Shown in pieces: positions 11,201 to 20,610 of a stretch of DNA of 64,000 nucleotides. Source of the DNA: Candidatus Marinacidobacterium sp. (lineage in GTDB: Bacteria > Acidobacteriota > Vicinamibacteria > Marinacidobacterales > Marinacidobacteraceae); NCBI GenBank assembly GCA_965204755.1, contig OZ242011.1, forward strand, positions 2,016,001 through 2,080,000. Direction: 5' to 3'. Both the position numbers and the translations under genes were made by a program. The notes beneath the pieces are model-generated. The model was not told where the DNA came from. It did not search any database and saw only the letters and a program-made list of their open reading frames with translations. The first letter of the stretch is position 1. Each line of letters opens with the position of its first letter.

Positions 11201-11389
11201 TGGCAGGTCCGCGTTCGGTTTCGGCGCGGGGCGCTCCTCCCCCGGGCGGGCGGCGTGAACCGCTGCGCGATTCCCCCCGCCATCTATCGCGGGGAGGGGG
11301 CCACCCCCTCCCCGCACCCCTCCCCGGTCGTCGCTTCGCGCCGACGGGACCTCCCGGGACTTTCTCCACGGGCTGCTGGGGGAGGGCAT
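8219..11389 (-). CDS. Membrane sensor histidine kinase (PDZ, multi-TM, GAF, PAS, HisKA, HATPase)
   Basis: H-box AGVAHEVNTP, N-box QVFVNLSVNA, DTGEGI and GNGLGL G-boxes, PDZ-like AGIRPGD. The start is uncertain because the N-terminus runs through a MITE. Confidence 0.9.
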   Translation of the reverse strand: MPSPSSPWRKSREVPSARSDDRGGVRGGGGPLPAIDGGGNRAAVHAARPGEERPAPKPNADLPPSGRRAKGGALLPRAVGGGARSVLAVAATSLLFALAATNATRQIAAGVMDDGVLWADDLGRVVASRVEAGGAGDLAGIRPGDSLQAISHPAGGGVFEVNRADEVPEILRSVDAESHLRYVLVREGERRGLTLTVAPLPAGNVSLYLFLAAVGVFAAGVGTFVYAFRRGVSAAAHFYGLCVLWLLAFSFSFTGELDFFDHLFFWLDRVGVLFFPAVFLHFALTFPSRSRFLEREPRLLRWAYAAPFALLGLSLFARLLYFSALSPGPGVITVSETVLDRLEPVLWAVYSFAAFAAFVDAFRAARSVTVRKQLKWIVWGTGAGMLPFALVYAVPYFSGISPTPAMELSLAAMVLAPLSFAYAIVKYRLMDVEILFKRGLLFAGLMAGIAAVYLAAFLLGTSWLGGDEHSLIIAVLSAIVAALLVPAFRQRAERFLDRLFYRERYDFRRAFTDLAGEMNSQLDLVPLGNQIVERIASTFRMERVTLLTATGAPADPTLRAVASRGLDDDEVEAAEAFVASASVRKRLAVGSPASTADLPPRVSEGAWVRNALPCYARGEVVGVIALGATEDGDDLSSEDLDLLRTLAAQAATALVNARLYSSLQAKHEEVVALREQSEDTIESLAAGVVVLDLGGRVIRWNRSMERIYGRSRHEVSHSSYQAVFPPELIRALDAGLGAGWLTGGARGGVSRHNLKSADGIERVVNVKAAPFVSGGGEHHGALLIFEDITERVGMENEMQLREKMSSLGVLAAGVAHEVNTPLAGISSFTQMLQDQTEGEDPRRPLLNKIEQQTERASRIVNGLLNFARHRQTEFAPVDLNRVLGEVLSLLDHQLRASRIRIRRDLDARLPPIRGDGNRLQQVFVNLSVNAFDAMPAGGWLTLTTRVDGDQVIAEVADTGEGIAPEDIRRIYDPFFSTRKKSGGNGLGLSISYGIVQEHGGVMEVESGLNSGTRFVIRFPAADASAVGAPEPAGRAASASARAAAGNRARARKEAGA
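11155..11375. mobile_element. ~220-bp MITE-like element, copy 1
   Basis: Collinear similarity to 20611-20830 (shared core CGCTGCGCGATTCCCCCCGCCATCTATCGCGGGGAGGGG). Imperfect terminal inverted repeats CAGCCCGGGGGAGAAG...CTTTCTCCACGGGCTG. Confidence 0.75.
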
Positions 11390-11424
11390 GAGGGCGGGAA
11401 AGGGTTGGGGCCGGTGGGCGCGCC

Positions 11425-11453
11425 ATTCTATCCAACATCACGGATATGACGAA
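11425..11453 (-). promoter_or_regulatory. Putative sigma-70 promoter of the kinase-regulator-GWxTD operon
   Basis: On the minus strand TTCGTC-17 bp-TAGAAT in an AT-rich patch, about 35 nt upstream of ATG 11389. Confidence 0.45.
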
Positions 11454-11577
11454 ACTCGTTACGCATATTTGGATGATCCGTCCGGCGCACCCCGGCGCGG
11501 CCAGGAGCCCGCGGGCACAAAAAAAGCGGCGGCCGGACGGGGCCGCCGCGGGGAGCGCGAAGAGCGCCGGGAACCGG

Positions 11578-13491
11578 TCAGAAACGGACGGCCAGTCCCC
11601 CGACCACGCGGCGGGGGGCGCGGGCGACGGCCAACTCGTCGAGCAGCGAGCGGCCCATGAGGTCGCGGAAGAAGAGGTCGCGCACCGCGAAGGAGAGTTC
11701 CCACTCGGTGCCGCTCCACTCCGTGAACGGGATCAACTGGAGGATCTCCACATCGAACCGCGCCGTCCGCCCGTCGCCCGGCGCAGCCGGCCCGGCGCCC
11801 GCCGCCGGGCCGGCCACTGCCGCCGCCGTGATCCCGTCGTGGTTGATGAGCCGGTACACCGCGTTCAGCCGGGTGCCCGAGGGACGCCACTGCGCCTCGA
11901 CCTCGGCGGAGAGGTCGTGGAGCACCGCGCCGTCCGAGACCGCGAGCACGCCGATCGGGGCCCCGCCCGCCCCGGACTCCGGGGAGCCGCCCACCACCGC
12001 CATCAGGTAGGAGACCCGGCCGCCCAGGTCCACGCCGCGCGCCACCGGCGCCATCTCGCGGATCCAGTCGAGGGCCACGCCCTGCGCGGTGAAGTTCCCG
12101 GCGGACGCCACCTCGAACCGGCCGCCCTGCCGCGGGCGGGACTCGAAGGAGCGGACCAACTGGTCGGTGGTGACTTCCCGGAAGCCGCGGACGCCGAGCG
12201 TGGCGTTCGGGGCGAGCCGGTGCTGGACGCCGGCCTGGTACCGGGCGCTCCGCTGCGCCGGCATGGTCGGGAACCCGGAGGGGTCGAGCGCCAGCAGGTC
12301 GGCGTGCGCGATCCGGGAGAGGAGCGCCGCGTCGTCGCCGATGGGCCCGTCCACCCGCACCGCCATCCCGCCGACCAGTTCCCAGTTGTCCGACGCCCGG
12401 TAGCGGAGCACCGCGCGGGGCGCGAGGCCCCGGTGGCCGGAGAGGTAGGAGAAGCGGCGGTAGGTCAGGCCGGTGCTCAGCGAGGCCCGGCCCAGCGAGA
12501 AGTCGTCCGCGACGAAGGCGGCGCCGTCCCAGGCGGCCTGCGGCTCCTGCAGCAGGTCGGCGTTCAGGATCGGGGCCGCTTCCGGCCGGTAGTCCGGGGC
12601 GTCGCCATAGACATGGCGCTGGTAGCCGAGGCCGGCGCTGAACCGGTGGCCGTCCAGCGGGGCCATCCGGTAGGCCAGGTTCGCCGCCCACGAAGCGAAC
12701 GCCGACTCCATCAGGCGCGCCTCCGCCTCCCAGTCGCCGCGGGCGGTGGAAGGCAACTCGAACCGGGTGTAGGCGATGCCGGAGTCCAGCGCGCGGCCTT
12801 CCGCGAGGCCGAGCGAACTGCCGGAGGCGGCGAAGACGCCGAACTCCCCGTCGAAGGCGCCGAGCGCCGGGACATGCGGGCGGGACTCCGACCGGAACCA
12901 CTCGTCCTCGTCGTCCCACCGGGAACCGGCCGAGGCCTGGCGCTCCTTCAGCACATTGCGGCGGCCGCGCTGGAGGAGCCAGCGCAACTCGGAGAGCGTC
13001 CCCGCGCCCGGCTCCGCCCCCACCGCCGCCATCTGCAGGAGCAGCGTGTCCGTGATGGCGGCGCCGCTCGAGACCTGCACCCGCGTCCGGGGGGAGGGGA
13101 GGAACCCGGCGAGGAAGGCGCGGAGGCTGTAGAGGCCTTCGCTGGCTTCGTCCACCTCGAAGCGGCCGTCGTCGCCGGTCACCGCGAACCGCGCCTCTTC
13201 CGGCTGCTCGGAGGCGAAGACCGAGACCAGCGCGCCGGGCAGCGGCTGGCCGTCGTTCGTGACCACCATGCCGCTGATCTGCGCCAGCACGACCACTCCG
13301 GCGGCGTTCGGCGCCGCCGCCGTCTCCCCGGCGGCGAGCCGCGCCGCCGCCAGTGTCGGCGCCGGGGGGGTCGCCGCCGGGGGCTCGGAGGCCGCCGCCG
13401 CGCCGGAAACGAGCAGCGAAACGCCCGCCGCGAGACCCGGAATCCGAGGCCGGGAGGCGGGGCGCGAACGCCGGGCGGGCTGGCGGAACAT
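11578..13491 (-). CDS. Outer-membrane beta-barrel / TonB-receptor-like protein with carboxypeptidase regulatory-like domain
   Basis: ISGMVVTNDGQPLPGALVSV...TGDDGRFEV, amphipathic beta strands, C-terminal GGLAVRF. Confidence 0.75.
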   Translation of the reverse strand: MFRQPARRSRPASRPRIPGLAAGVSLLVSGAAAASEPPAATPPAPTLAAARLAAGETAAAPNAAGVVVLAQISGMVVTNDGQPLPGALVSVFASEQPEEARFAVTGDDGRFEVDEASEGLYSLRAFLAGFLPSPRTRVQVSSGAAITDTLLLQMAAVGAEPGAGTLSELRWLLQRGRRNVLKERQASAGSRWDDEDEWFRSESRPHVPALGAFDGEFGVFAASGSSLGLAEGRALDSGIAYTRFELPSTARGDWEAEARLMESAFASWAANLAYRMAPLDGHRFSAGLGYQRHVYGDAPDYRPEAAPILNADLLQEPQAAWDGAAFVADDFSLGRASLSTGLTYRRFSYLSGHRGLAPRAVLRYRASDNWELVGGMAVRVDGPIGDDAALLSRIAHADLLALDPSGFPTMPAQRSARYQAGVQHRLAPNATLGVRGFREVTTDQLVRSFESRPRQGGRFEVASAGNFTAQGVALDWIREMAPVARGVDLGGRVSYLMAVVGGSPESGAGGAPIGVLAVSDGAVLHDLSAEVEAQWRPSGTRLNAVYRLINHDGITAAAVAGPAAGAGPAAPGDGRTARFDVEILQLIPFTEWSGTEWELSFAVRDLFFRDLMGRSLLDELAVARAPRRVVGGLAVRF

Positions 13492-13603
13492 AGGCAGGGT
13501 AGTGAAGCGCGGCGGGGCCTTCCTGTCAAACGCGTTTCCCGACGCATTCCCGCGGATCGGGCGGTTCCGGCGGCCCGGCGGGTACTAGAATCCGACCCCG
13601 CCG

Positions 13604-14923
13604 ATGCCGGACGACGAACCGACCCTGATCGACCGGATCGGCGCCCGCGAGATTCTGGACTCGCGCGGCTATCCGACGGTGGAGGCCGAAGTCCGGCTGG
13701 ACGGCGGGGGATTCGGACGGGCCGCCGCCCCCTCCGGCGCCTCCACCGGGACGCACGAGGCGGTGGAGCGCCGGGACGGCGAGGCGAAGCGCTACCGGGG
13801 CAAGGGCGTCCGGGAAGCCGTCCGCGCCGTCGAGGACCGGATCGCCGCGGAACTCGTCGGCGAGGACGCCCTGTGCCAGGCCGCGCTCGACGAACTGCTC
13901 GTCGAACTCGACGGCACGCCGGACCGCTCCGGGCTGGGCGCGAACGCCATCCTCGCGGTCTCGCTGGCGGTCGCCCGCGCCGCCGCCGACGCCTGCGGCC
14001 TCCCGCTCTACCGGGCGCTCGGCGGCTTCAACGCCGACCGCCTGCCGGTCCCGTTCTTCAATGTGCTCAACGGCGGCGCCCACGCGGACAACCGCCTCAC
14101 CGTCCAGGAGTTCATGGTCGTCCCGCAGGGCTACGAGAGTTTCTCCGAGGCCCTCGAAGCGGGGGCGGCGGTTTACCACTCACTCCGCGAGGTGCTCTCC
14201 CGGCGCGGGCTCTCCACCGCGGTCGGTGACGAGGGCGGGTTCGCGCCGCAGTTGGACGACGCGGAGGCGGCGCTCGGCCTGCTGATCGAGGCGGTCGAGG
14301 CCGCCGGGCTGACCCCCGGCGAGCGGATGGGGCTCGCGCTGGATGTGGCGGCGAGCGAGTTCCACGACGACGCCGGCTACCGCTTCGACCCCGACGGCGC
14401 CCCGATCCCGGCGGAGGCGATGATCGAGAAGTACGCCGGCTGGCTCGACCGCTTCCCGGCGCTCCTCTCCATCGAGGACGGGCTCGCCGAGGACGACTGG
14501 GAGGGGTGGCGGGCGCTGACCCGAGAGTTGGGCGGCCGCGCGCAACTCGTGGGGGACGACCTGTTCGTCACGCAGTCCGACCGGCTCCGCCGCGGGATCG
14601 AGGGCGGCGCCGCGAACGCGATCCTGGTGAAGCCGAACCAGGTGGGGACGCTCACCGAGACCCTCGAAGTCGCCAGGCAGGCCCGCGCCGCCGGCTTCGG
14701 CGTGATGCTCAGCCACCGCTCCGGCGAAACCGCGGACACCGCGATCGCCCATATCGCGGTCGCCGCCGGCGCCGGGCAAGTCAAGGCCGGGGCGCCCTGC
14801 CGGGGGGAGCGGGTGGAGAAGTACAACGAACTGCTCCGCATCGAGGAGGAACTGCGCGAGGGCGGCCGGGCCCGCGGCCGGCTGGCGGCGGAGCCGCGCC
14901 GTCCCGGACGGGAGCGCGCTTGA
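13604..14923 (+). CDS. eno: Enolase
   Basis: [56 protein letters not shown]. Confidence 0.97.
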   Translation: MPDDEPTLIDRIGAREILDSRGYPTVEAEVRLDGGGFGRAAAPSGASTGTHEAVERRDGEAKRYRGKGVREAVRAVEDRIAAELVGEDALCQAALDELLVELDGTPDRSGLGANAILAVSLAVARAAADACGLPLYRALGGFNADRLPVPFFNVLNGGAHADNRLTVQEFMVVPQGYESFSEALEAGAAVYHSLREVLSRRGLSTAVGDEGGFAPQLDDAEAALGLLIEAVEAAGLTPGERMGLALDVAASEFHDDAGYRFDPDGAPIPAEAMIEKYAGWLDRFPALLSIEDGLAEDDWEGWRALTRELGGRAQLVGDDLFVTQSDRLRRGIEGGAANAILVKPNQVGTLTETLEVARQARAAGFGVMLSHRSGETADTAIAHIAVAAGAGQVKAGAPCRGERVEKYNELLRIEEELREGGRARGRLAAEPRRPGRERA

Positions 14924-15528
14924 CCGAGGCGGAGGCGCCGGGGCGCGTCCGGCAGTACCCGCTGGAGCGCGGCTCGCTCGAAATCCAGTTCATCGAGGAG
15001 TTCTTCGGCGAGTTCGACCGGAAGAAGACCGCCGGCGAGATCCGGAAGCGGCTGGGCGGACGGGAGCACGGCATCTTCATGGTGGAGGCGCCGCTCCCCG
15101 GGGACCCGGCCCGCCTCGCCCCGGTCGCCTACCGGGTGGTGCACGAGATCCGCGCCGAGGAGCGCGACCCCCAACTGGCGGACCTGGTCTCCCGGCTCGC
15201 CGGGGCGGTGCGGTTCTCCGGGCAGCGCGTCCTCTACGCCTGGCTCGGCGGGACCCGGAGCGACTGGCGCGGGCAGGGGCACTTCCGGGCGCTCAGCGAG
15301 TACGAGGAGGAGTGGGCGCTGGAGAAGGGGTTCCGCGAGATCGTGGTGAAGACCAAGAACCGCTACTACGAGATGCGCGGCGCGCTCACCCACCTGCAGT
15401 TCGATGTCATCCACTACGAGCGCCACCCGGTGGAGCCCGGCGAGTCGAAGGTCTATCTCTCGAAGCGCCTGGGCGGCGGCCGCCGCCCCGCCCGGACGGC
15501 GCCGCTCGCGGGAGTCACCGAAGCCTGA
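14920..15528 (+). CDS. GNAT-fold acetyltransferase-like protein
   Basis: [18 protein letters not shown] (acetyl-CoA motif A) and [13 protein letters not shown] start overlaps the eno stop. Confidence 0.65.
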   Translation: MTEAEAPGRVRQYPLERGSLEIQFIEEFFGEFDRKKTAGEIRKRLGGREHGIFMVEAPLPGDPARLAPVAYRVVHEIRAEERDPQLADLVSRLAGAVRFSGQRVLYAWLGGTRSDWRGQGHFRALSEYEEEWALEKGFREIVVKTKNRYYEMRGALTHLQFDVIHYERHPVEPGESKVYLSKRLGGGRRPARTAPLAGVTEA

Positions 15529-15602
15529 CCTTCCCGACCGGCTGATACTTTCGCCGGTTCGACTCTCCCCGGTTCGACATTCCCCAGCGGAGGTTTCCGG
15601 CC

Positions 15603-17681
15603 ATGACGGGACGGCACTACGGGCGCGGCTTCGCGTCCCGGCGGCGGTGGCTGCCGACTCTCCCCCTCCTGCTCGCGCTCGGGGCGCCGGCGGCCGCCGA
15701 AGTCGTCCGGTTCGAGGTCACCGAGCGGGGCGACCTGCTGGGCGGGCGGGCCTTCGGGCTGGCCGGGGCCTACGAGCGGATCGCGGGCGTCGTCCACTTC
15801 GCCTTCGACCCGGAGAACCCGGCGAACCGGATCGTCGCGGACCTCGGGCTCGCCCCGGTGAACGCCGACGGCAAGGTCGAGATGTCCGCCGACTTCCACC
15901 TCCTCCGCCCGAAAGTGATGGCGAAGGGGCGCGGGACGCTGCTGCTCGAAGTGAACAACCGGGGGCGGAAGGGGCTCCTCTCCTACTTCAACATGGCCGA
16001 GGGCAGCCTCTGGCCGGAGACCGGGGCGCACTTCGGCGACGGCTTCCTGCTGCGCCGGGGATTCACCCTGCTCTGGCTGGGCTGGCAGTGGGATGTCCCC
16101 GACGACGACCCGCTGCGGATGCGGATGTTCCCGCCGGTCGCGACGAACCCGGACGGCTCGACGATCACCGGCCTCGTCCGCGCCGACTTCTCGGTGCGGA
16201 CCGAGACGCCGCACCACACCCTCGCCGACCGGAACCACCGGCCCTACCGGGTGGCCGACCCCGACGACGAAGCGAATGTCCTCACCGTCCGCCGCCGGGT
16301 CGAGGACGAGCGGGAAGTCGTCCCCCGCGGGCAGTGGGGCTTCGGGCGGATCGAGGACGGCGCCCCGGTCCCCGACGACGGCGCGGTCTGGATCGAAGGC
16401 GGCTTCCAACCCCACCGCATCTACGAAGTCGTGTACCGCTCGGAAAACCCGCCGCTGGTGGGCCTCGGCCCGGCGGGGATCCGCGACCTGGTCAGCCGCC
16501 TCCGCCACGACGGCGCGGACGCGCTGGGCATCGGCGCCGACGACCTCGACAGCGCCCTCGGCTTCGGAATCTCCCAGAGCGGCCGGTTCCTCCGCACCTT
16601 CCTCTACTACGGGTTCAACGGCGACGAGCGCGGGCGCCGGGTCTTCGACGGCGTGATCTCCGATGTGGCCGGCGGCGGGCGCGGCAGTTTCAACCACCGC
16701 TTCGCCCAAGCCTCCCGCGACGCCCACCCCTACCTCAACCAGTTCCACCCGACGGACATCTTCCCGTTCACCGACATCGAACAGACCGACCCGGAGACCG
16801 GCCGCACCGAAGGACTGCTCACCCGCCAGCGCGAACGGTTCTACCCCCGCGTCTTCTACACGAACTCCTCCTACGAGTACTGGGGCCGGGCGGCCAGCCT
16901 GATCCACACCACGGTGGACGCCGCGGAAGACGCGGTCATCCCCGACCACGCGCGGGTCTATCTCTACGCCGGCACCCAGCACGGGCCGGGGCGGTTCCCG
17001 CCGCAGGTCACCATCGGGCAGCAGCCGGCGAACCCGAACAACTTCCGCTGGGGCCAGCGGGCGCTGCTGCTGGCCATGGACGAGTGGAGCCGGGGCGGGG
17101 CCGAGCCGCCGCCGAGCCGCTACCCCAGCGTGGAGGCGGGCACCGCCGTCGCGGCGGAGGACCTCGCCTTCCCCGCCGTCCCCGGCGTGACCACCTCCGA
17201 CCGGGTGCACTACGCCTACCGCGCCGACTACGGGCCCCGGTTCGCCGACGAGGGCATCGTCACGAAGGAGCCGCCGGAGATCGGGCGCCGCTTCCCCATC
17301 CGGGTCTCCGCGGTGGACGCCGACGGGAACGAAACCGCCGGCATCCGGCTGCCGGAAGTCGCGGTCCCGCTGGCCACCTACACCGGCTGGAACCTGTTCC
17401 GCGCCGAGGCCGGCCCGCCGGACGAACTCTCCAGCATGGTGGGTTCGTTCCTGCCGTTCCCGCGGACGGCGGGCGAACGGGAGGCCTCCGGCGACCCCCG
17501 GCCCTCGGTCGAGGAGCGCTACGCGAGCCGGGAGGACTACCTCGGCCGCTACACCGCCGCGGCGCTCGAACTCATCGACGCCGGCTACCTGCTCGGCGAG
17601 GACCTGCCGGCGCTCACCCGGATCGCGCTGGAGCGCTGGGAGCATGTGATGGGCGCCCCCGCCTCCGCCGGCAGCCGCTGA
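15603..17681 (+). CDS. Secreted alpha/beta hydrolase domain protein
   Basis: Signal peptide, nucleophile elbow GISQSG, EVNNRGRK, GWQWD, EYWGRAASL, GIRLPEVAVPLATYTGWN. Confidence 0.8.
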   Translation: MTGRHYGRGFASRRRWLPTLPLLLALGAPAAAEVVRFEVTERGDLLGGRAFGLAGAYERIAGVVHFAFDPENPANRIVADLGLAPVNADGKVEMSADFHLLRPKVMAKGRGTLLLEVNNRGRKGLLSYFNMAEGSLWPETGAHFGDGFLLRRGFTLLWLGWQWDVPDDDPLRMRMFPPVATNPDGSTITGLVRADFSVRTETPHHTLADRNHRPYRVADPDDEANVLTVRRRVEDEREVVPRGQWGFGRIEDGAPVPDDGAVWIEGGFQPHRIYEVVYRSENPPLVGLGPAGIRDLVSRLRHDGADALGIGADDLDSALGFGISQSGRFLRTFLYYGFNGDERGRRVFDGVISDVAGGGRGSFNHRFAQASRDAHPYLNQFHPTDIFPFTDIEQTDPETGRTEGLLTRQRERFYPRVFYTNSSYEYWGRAASLIHTTVDAAEDAVIPDHARVYLYAGTQHGPGRFPPQVTIGQQPANPNNFRWGQRALLLAMDEWSRGGAEPPPSRYPSVEAGTAVAAEDLAFPAVPGVTTSDRVHYAYRADYGPRFADEGIVTKEPPEIGRRFPIRVSAVDADGNETAGIRLPEVAVPLATYTGWNLFRAEAGPPDELSSMVGSFLPFPRTAGEREASGDPRPSVEERYASREDYLGRYTAAALELIDAGYLLGEDLPALTRIALERWEHVMGAPASAGSR

Positions 17682-17685
17682 CGGG

Positions 17686-18744
17686 ATGCGACCGGCGGCC
17701 CCCGGCCTCCTCGCGCTGGGGCTCCTCGCCGCCGCGCCGGGGTGCCGGGGCGGCGGCGAGCCCGGCGGCAGGGGGGAGCCCGGCGGGGGGCCGCTGGTGG
17801 TGCGGCTGGGGCATGTGGGGTTCCCGGGGTCGCCGTTCGACCACGCCGCCCGCCATTTCGAGGAACTGGTCGAGCAGCGGTTCCCCGGCCGGGTGGACAT
17901 CCGCATCTTCGGGGCGAGCCAGTTGGGCGAGGACAAGGAGATGCTGGAAGGGCTCCGGCTGGGGACGCTGGAGATGCATGTCCCCTCGTCGGTGCTCCAC
18001 TCGCTCGCGCCGGAATTCGGCCTCTTCGACCTGCCGTTCCTCATCGAGGACCGGGCGCACTTCCAGCGGATCGCCGAAGGCGAGATCGGGCGGGAACTGG
18101 CCGCGCTCCTCGAAACCGAACACGGGATCACCCTGCTCGCCTACTGGGAGAACGGGTTCCGGGTCATCACCAACGATGTCCGCCCGATCGTCGTCCCCGC
18201 CGACCTCGACGGGATCCGGCTCCGCACGCCGAAGGACCCGGAGCGGGTGCGGCTCTTCGAAACGCTCGGCGCCAGCCCGGCCTCGATGAGTTTCGGCGAG
18301 GTGTTCACCGCGCTGCGGCAGGGCGTGGTGGACGGGCAGGAGAACCCGCTGGCGCAACTCACCGCCGCCCGGTTCCACGAGGTGCAGCGCTTCCTTTCGG
18401 TCTCGAACCATGTGTACACCCCGGCCTACCCGCTGGTCGGCAGCGCCTGGTTCGCGCGCCTGCCGGAGGATCTCCGCGAGGGGCTCCGGGAGGCCGCCTT
18501 CGAGACCGGGCGGTTCGTCCGCGGGTTCCTCGCGGAGGAGGACGCGCGCCTGCTGGCGTCGTTCGACGGGGAACCGGCGGTGAACGAGGTGGACCGCGAC
18601 GCGTTCGTCCGCGCCGCCGCGCCGGTGTTCGACCACTACCGCGAGCGCTTCGGCGCCGGGCGGATCGAAGCCGCCCGGGCGTTGGCCGCGCCGCCGGCCG
18701 ACCCTCCCGACAACTCTCCCGACAACTCTCCCGACGGCCGGTAG
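17686..18744 (+). CDS. dctP: TRAP transporter substrate-binding protein (DctP family), possible lipoprotein
   Basis: FDLPFL, YWENGFR, ALRQGVVDGQENP. Confidence 0.92.
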   Translation: MRPAAPGLLALGLLAAAPGCRGGGEPGGRGEPGGGPLVVRLGHVGFPGSPFDHAARHFEELVEQRFPGRVDIRIFGASQLGEDKEMLEGLRLGTLEMHVPSSVLHSLAPEFGLFDLPFLIEDRAHFQRIAEGEIGRELAALLETEHGITLLAYWENGFRVITNDVRPIVVPADLDGIRLRTPKDPERVRLFETLGASPASMSFGEVFTALRQGVVDGQENPLAQLTAARFHEVQRFLSVSNHVYTPAYPLVGSAWFARLPEDLREGLREAAFETGRFVRGFLAEEDARLLASFDGEPAVNEVDRDAFVRAAAPVFDHYRERFGAGRIEAARALAAPPADPPDNSPDNSPDGR

Positions 18745-18756
18745 GCGTCCGCGGAG

Positions 18757-19281
18757 GTGGCCGGGCCGACGACCCCTCCCGCGTCCGGCGGCGCGAATGC
18801 CGACGCGCCGCGCGGCCGCCGCGGCCCCCTCGAAACCGCCTGCTCGGTCCTCCTCGCCGCGATGGCGGCGCTCTGCCTCGTCGAAGTCGGCCTCCGCTAC
18901 GGGTTCGGCGGGACGCTCGGCTTCTACGACGAACTCGCCGGGTTCCTGCTGGTCTGGCTGACCTTCCTCGGGTCCTGCCTCGCCCGGCGCGACCGCGCCC
19001 ACATCGGCATCCGCGACCTGGTGGAGCGCCTCCGCCCCGGACGGCGCCGCGCCGCCGCGCTGCTCGAACACGCGGCGATGCTGACCCTCCACGGCGTCCT
19101 CCTCTGGTTCGGCGCCGCGCTCGCGCTCCGGTTCGCCTCGGAGCGGGCGATCACCATGCCCCTGCCGATGGGCCTGTTCTACCTGGTGCTCCCGCTCTCC
19201 GCGCTCCTCACCGCCGCGCTGGAAGTCCGCAGCCTCCTCGCCCTGCTCCGCCCGCGCCCCGCCCCTGACGCCGGCCGCTGA
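18757..19281 (+). CDS. dctQ: TRAP transporter small permease
   Basis: Four TM segments, DELAGFLLVWLTFLG..RDRAHI, position between dctP and dctM. Confidence 0.88.
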   Translation: MAGPTTPPASGGANADAPRGRRGPLETACSVLLAAMAALCLVEVGLRYGFGGTLGFYDELAGFLLVWLTFLGSCLARRDRAHIGIRDLVERLRPGRRRAAALLEHAAMLTLHGVLLWFGAALALRFASERAITMPLPMGLFYLVLPLSALLTAALEVRSLLALLRPRPAPDAGR

Positions 19282-19300
19282 CCCCGGCCGCTGACCCCCG

Positions 19301-20587
19301 ATGGAGATCCTGGTCGCGCTGCTCGCCGCCGCCGGGCTGGTCCTCACCGGGATGCCGGTCGGCTATGTGCTCATCGCGGCCTCGGTGCTGGCGATCTGGC
19401 TGACCACCGGCACGCCGCTCACCGTCGTCCCGCTCCGGCTCTTCAACGGCACCGACTCCTTCCCGCTGGTCGCGGTGCCGCTGTTCATCCTCGCCGGGGC
19501 GCTCATGAACCGCGCCGGCATCTCGCAGCGGCTCACCGACTTCGCCGCCTCGATCGTCGGCTGGATGCGCGCCGGGCTGGCGATGACCACGACGACTTCC
19601 TCGATGCTGTTCTCGGAGATGTCCGGCTCCGCGGTGGCGGACGCGGCGGCCCTCGGCAGCGTCCTGATCCCGGCGATGAAGGAGCGCGGCTACCCGGCCC
19701 GCTTCGCCGCGGCGGTGCTGTCCTCGTCCGCCACCATCGCCATCCTGATCCCGCCCTCGATCCCGATGATCCTCTACGGGGCGGTCGCCGGCGCCTCCGT
19801 CGCCCGGCTCTTCCTCGCCGGGGTGGTTCCCGGCGTGCTCGCCGGTGTCTTCATCATGGCGGTCAGCCGGGCGCTGGCCCGGCGCGGCGGCTTCGGCGAG
19901 TCGGAGCCCTTCTCCGCCCGCCGCGCCGGCGCCGCGCTCCGCGCCGCCGCCGGGCCGCTGCTCATCCCGGCGGTGATCCTCGGCGGCATCTTCTTCGGCT
20001 GGTTCACGGCTACCGAGGCGGCGGCGGTCGCGGTGCTGCTCGCGCTGCTGCTCGGCGGCGCGGTCTATCGGAACTTCCGCCGGGCGGACCTCGGCGAGGC
20101 GTTCGGCGAGGCCTCCCGGCAGACCGCGGTGGTCATGATCCTGGTCGCCGGCTCCGCCGTCCTCGGCTGGTACCTGGCGAACCAGCAGGCCCCGGAGCGG
20201 CTGGCCGGCTGGGTCCTCTCCCGGGTGGAGGCGCCCTGGGCGGTGGCGCTGGTGCTCGACGGCATCCTGCTGCTCGCCGGGACGATCCTCCACAGCGCCG
20301 CCGCGGTGGTGCTGCTCGTCCCCATCCTCCTCCCGCTGGCCGAGTCGGTCGGGATCGGCCCGGTGCACTTCGGGATGATGGTCACCGTGAGCCTCGCGGT
20401 GGGGCAGCAGACCCCGCCGGTGGCCTCGGTCCTCATCACCACCTGCTCGCTGGCCAAGACCTCGATCTCCGAGGTGATGCGGGTGAATGTCTTCTTCATC
20501 GGCGCCCTGCTCGTCGTGCTGGCGCTGGTTACCTTCTGGCCGCAGTCGGCGCTCTTCCTCCCGGACCTGCTGCTCGGCGCCGGGTGA
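19301..20587 (+). CDS. dctM: TRAP transporter large permease
   Basis: AVPLFILAG, SGSAVAD, LIPPSIPMI, TATEAA, TPPV. Confidence 0.93.
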   Translation: MEILVALLAAAGLVLTGMPVGYVLIAASVLAIWLTTGTPLTVVPLRLFNGTDSFPLVAVPLFILAGALMNRAGISQRLTDFAASIVGWMRAGLAMTTTTSSMLFSEMSGSAVADAAALGSVLIPAMKERGYPARFAAAVLSSSATIAILIPPSIPMILYGAVAGASVARLFLAGVVPGVLAGVFIMAVSRALARRGGFGESEPFSARRAGAALRAAAGPLLIPAVILGGIFFGWFTATEAAAVAVLLALLLGGAVYRNFRRADLGEAFGEASRQTAVVMILVAGSAVLGWYLANQQAPERLAGWVLSRVEAPWAVALVLDGILLLAGTILHSAAAVVLLVPILLPLAESVGIGPVHFGMMVTVSLAVGQQTPPVASVLITTCSLAKTSISEVMRVNVFFIGALLVVLALVTFWPQSALFLPDLLLGAG

Positions 20588-20610
20588 GCGGCGGCGCGGC
20601 GGGCAGGTAT

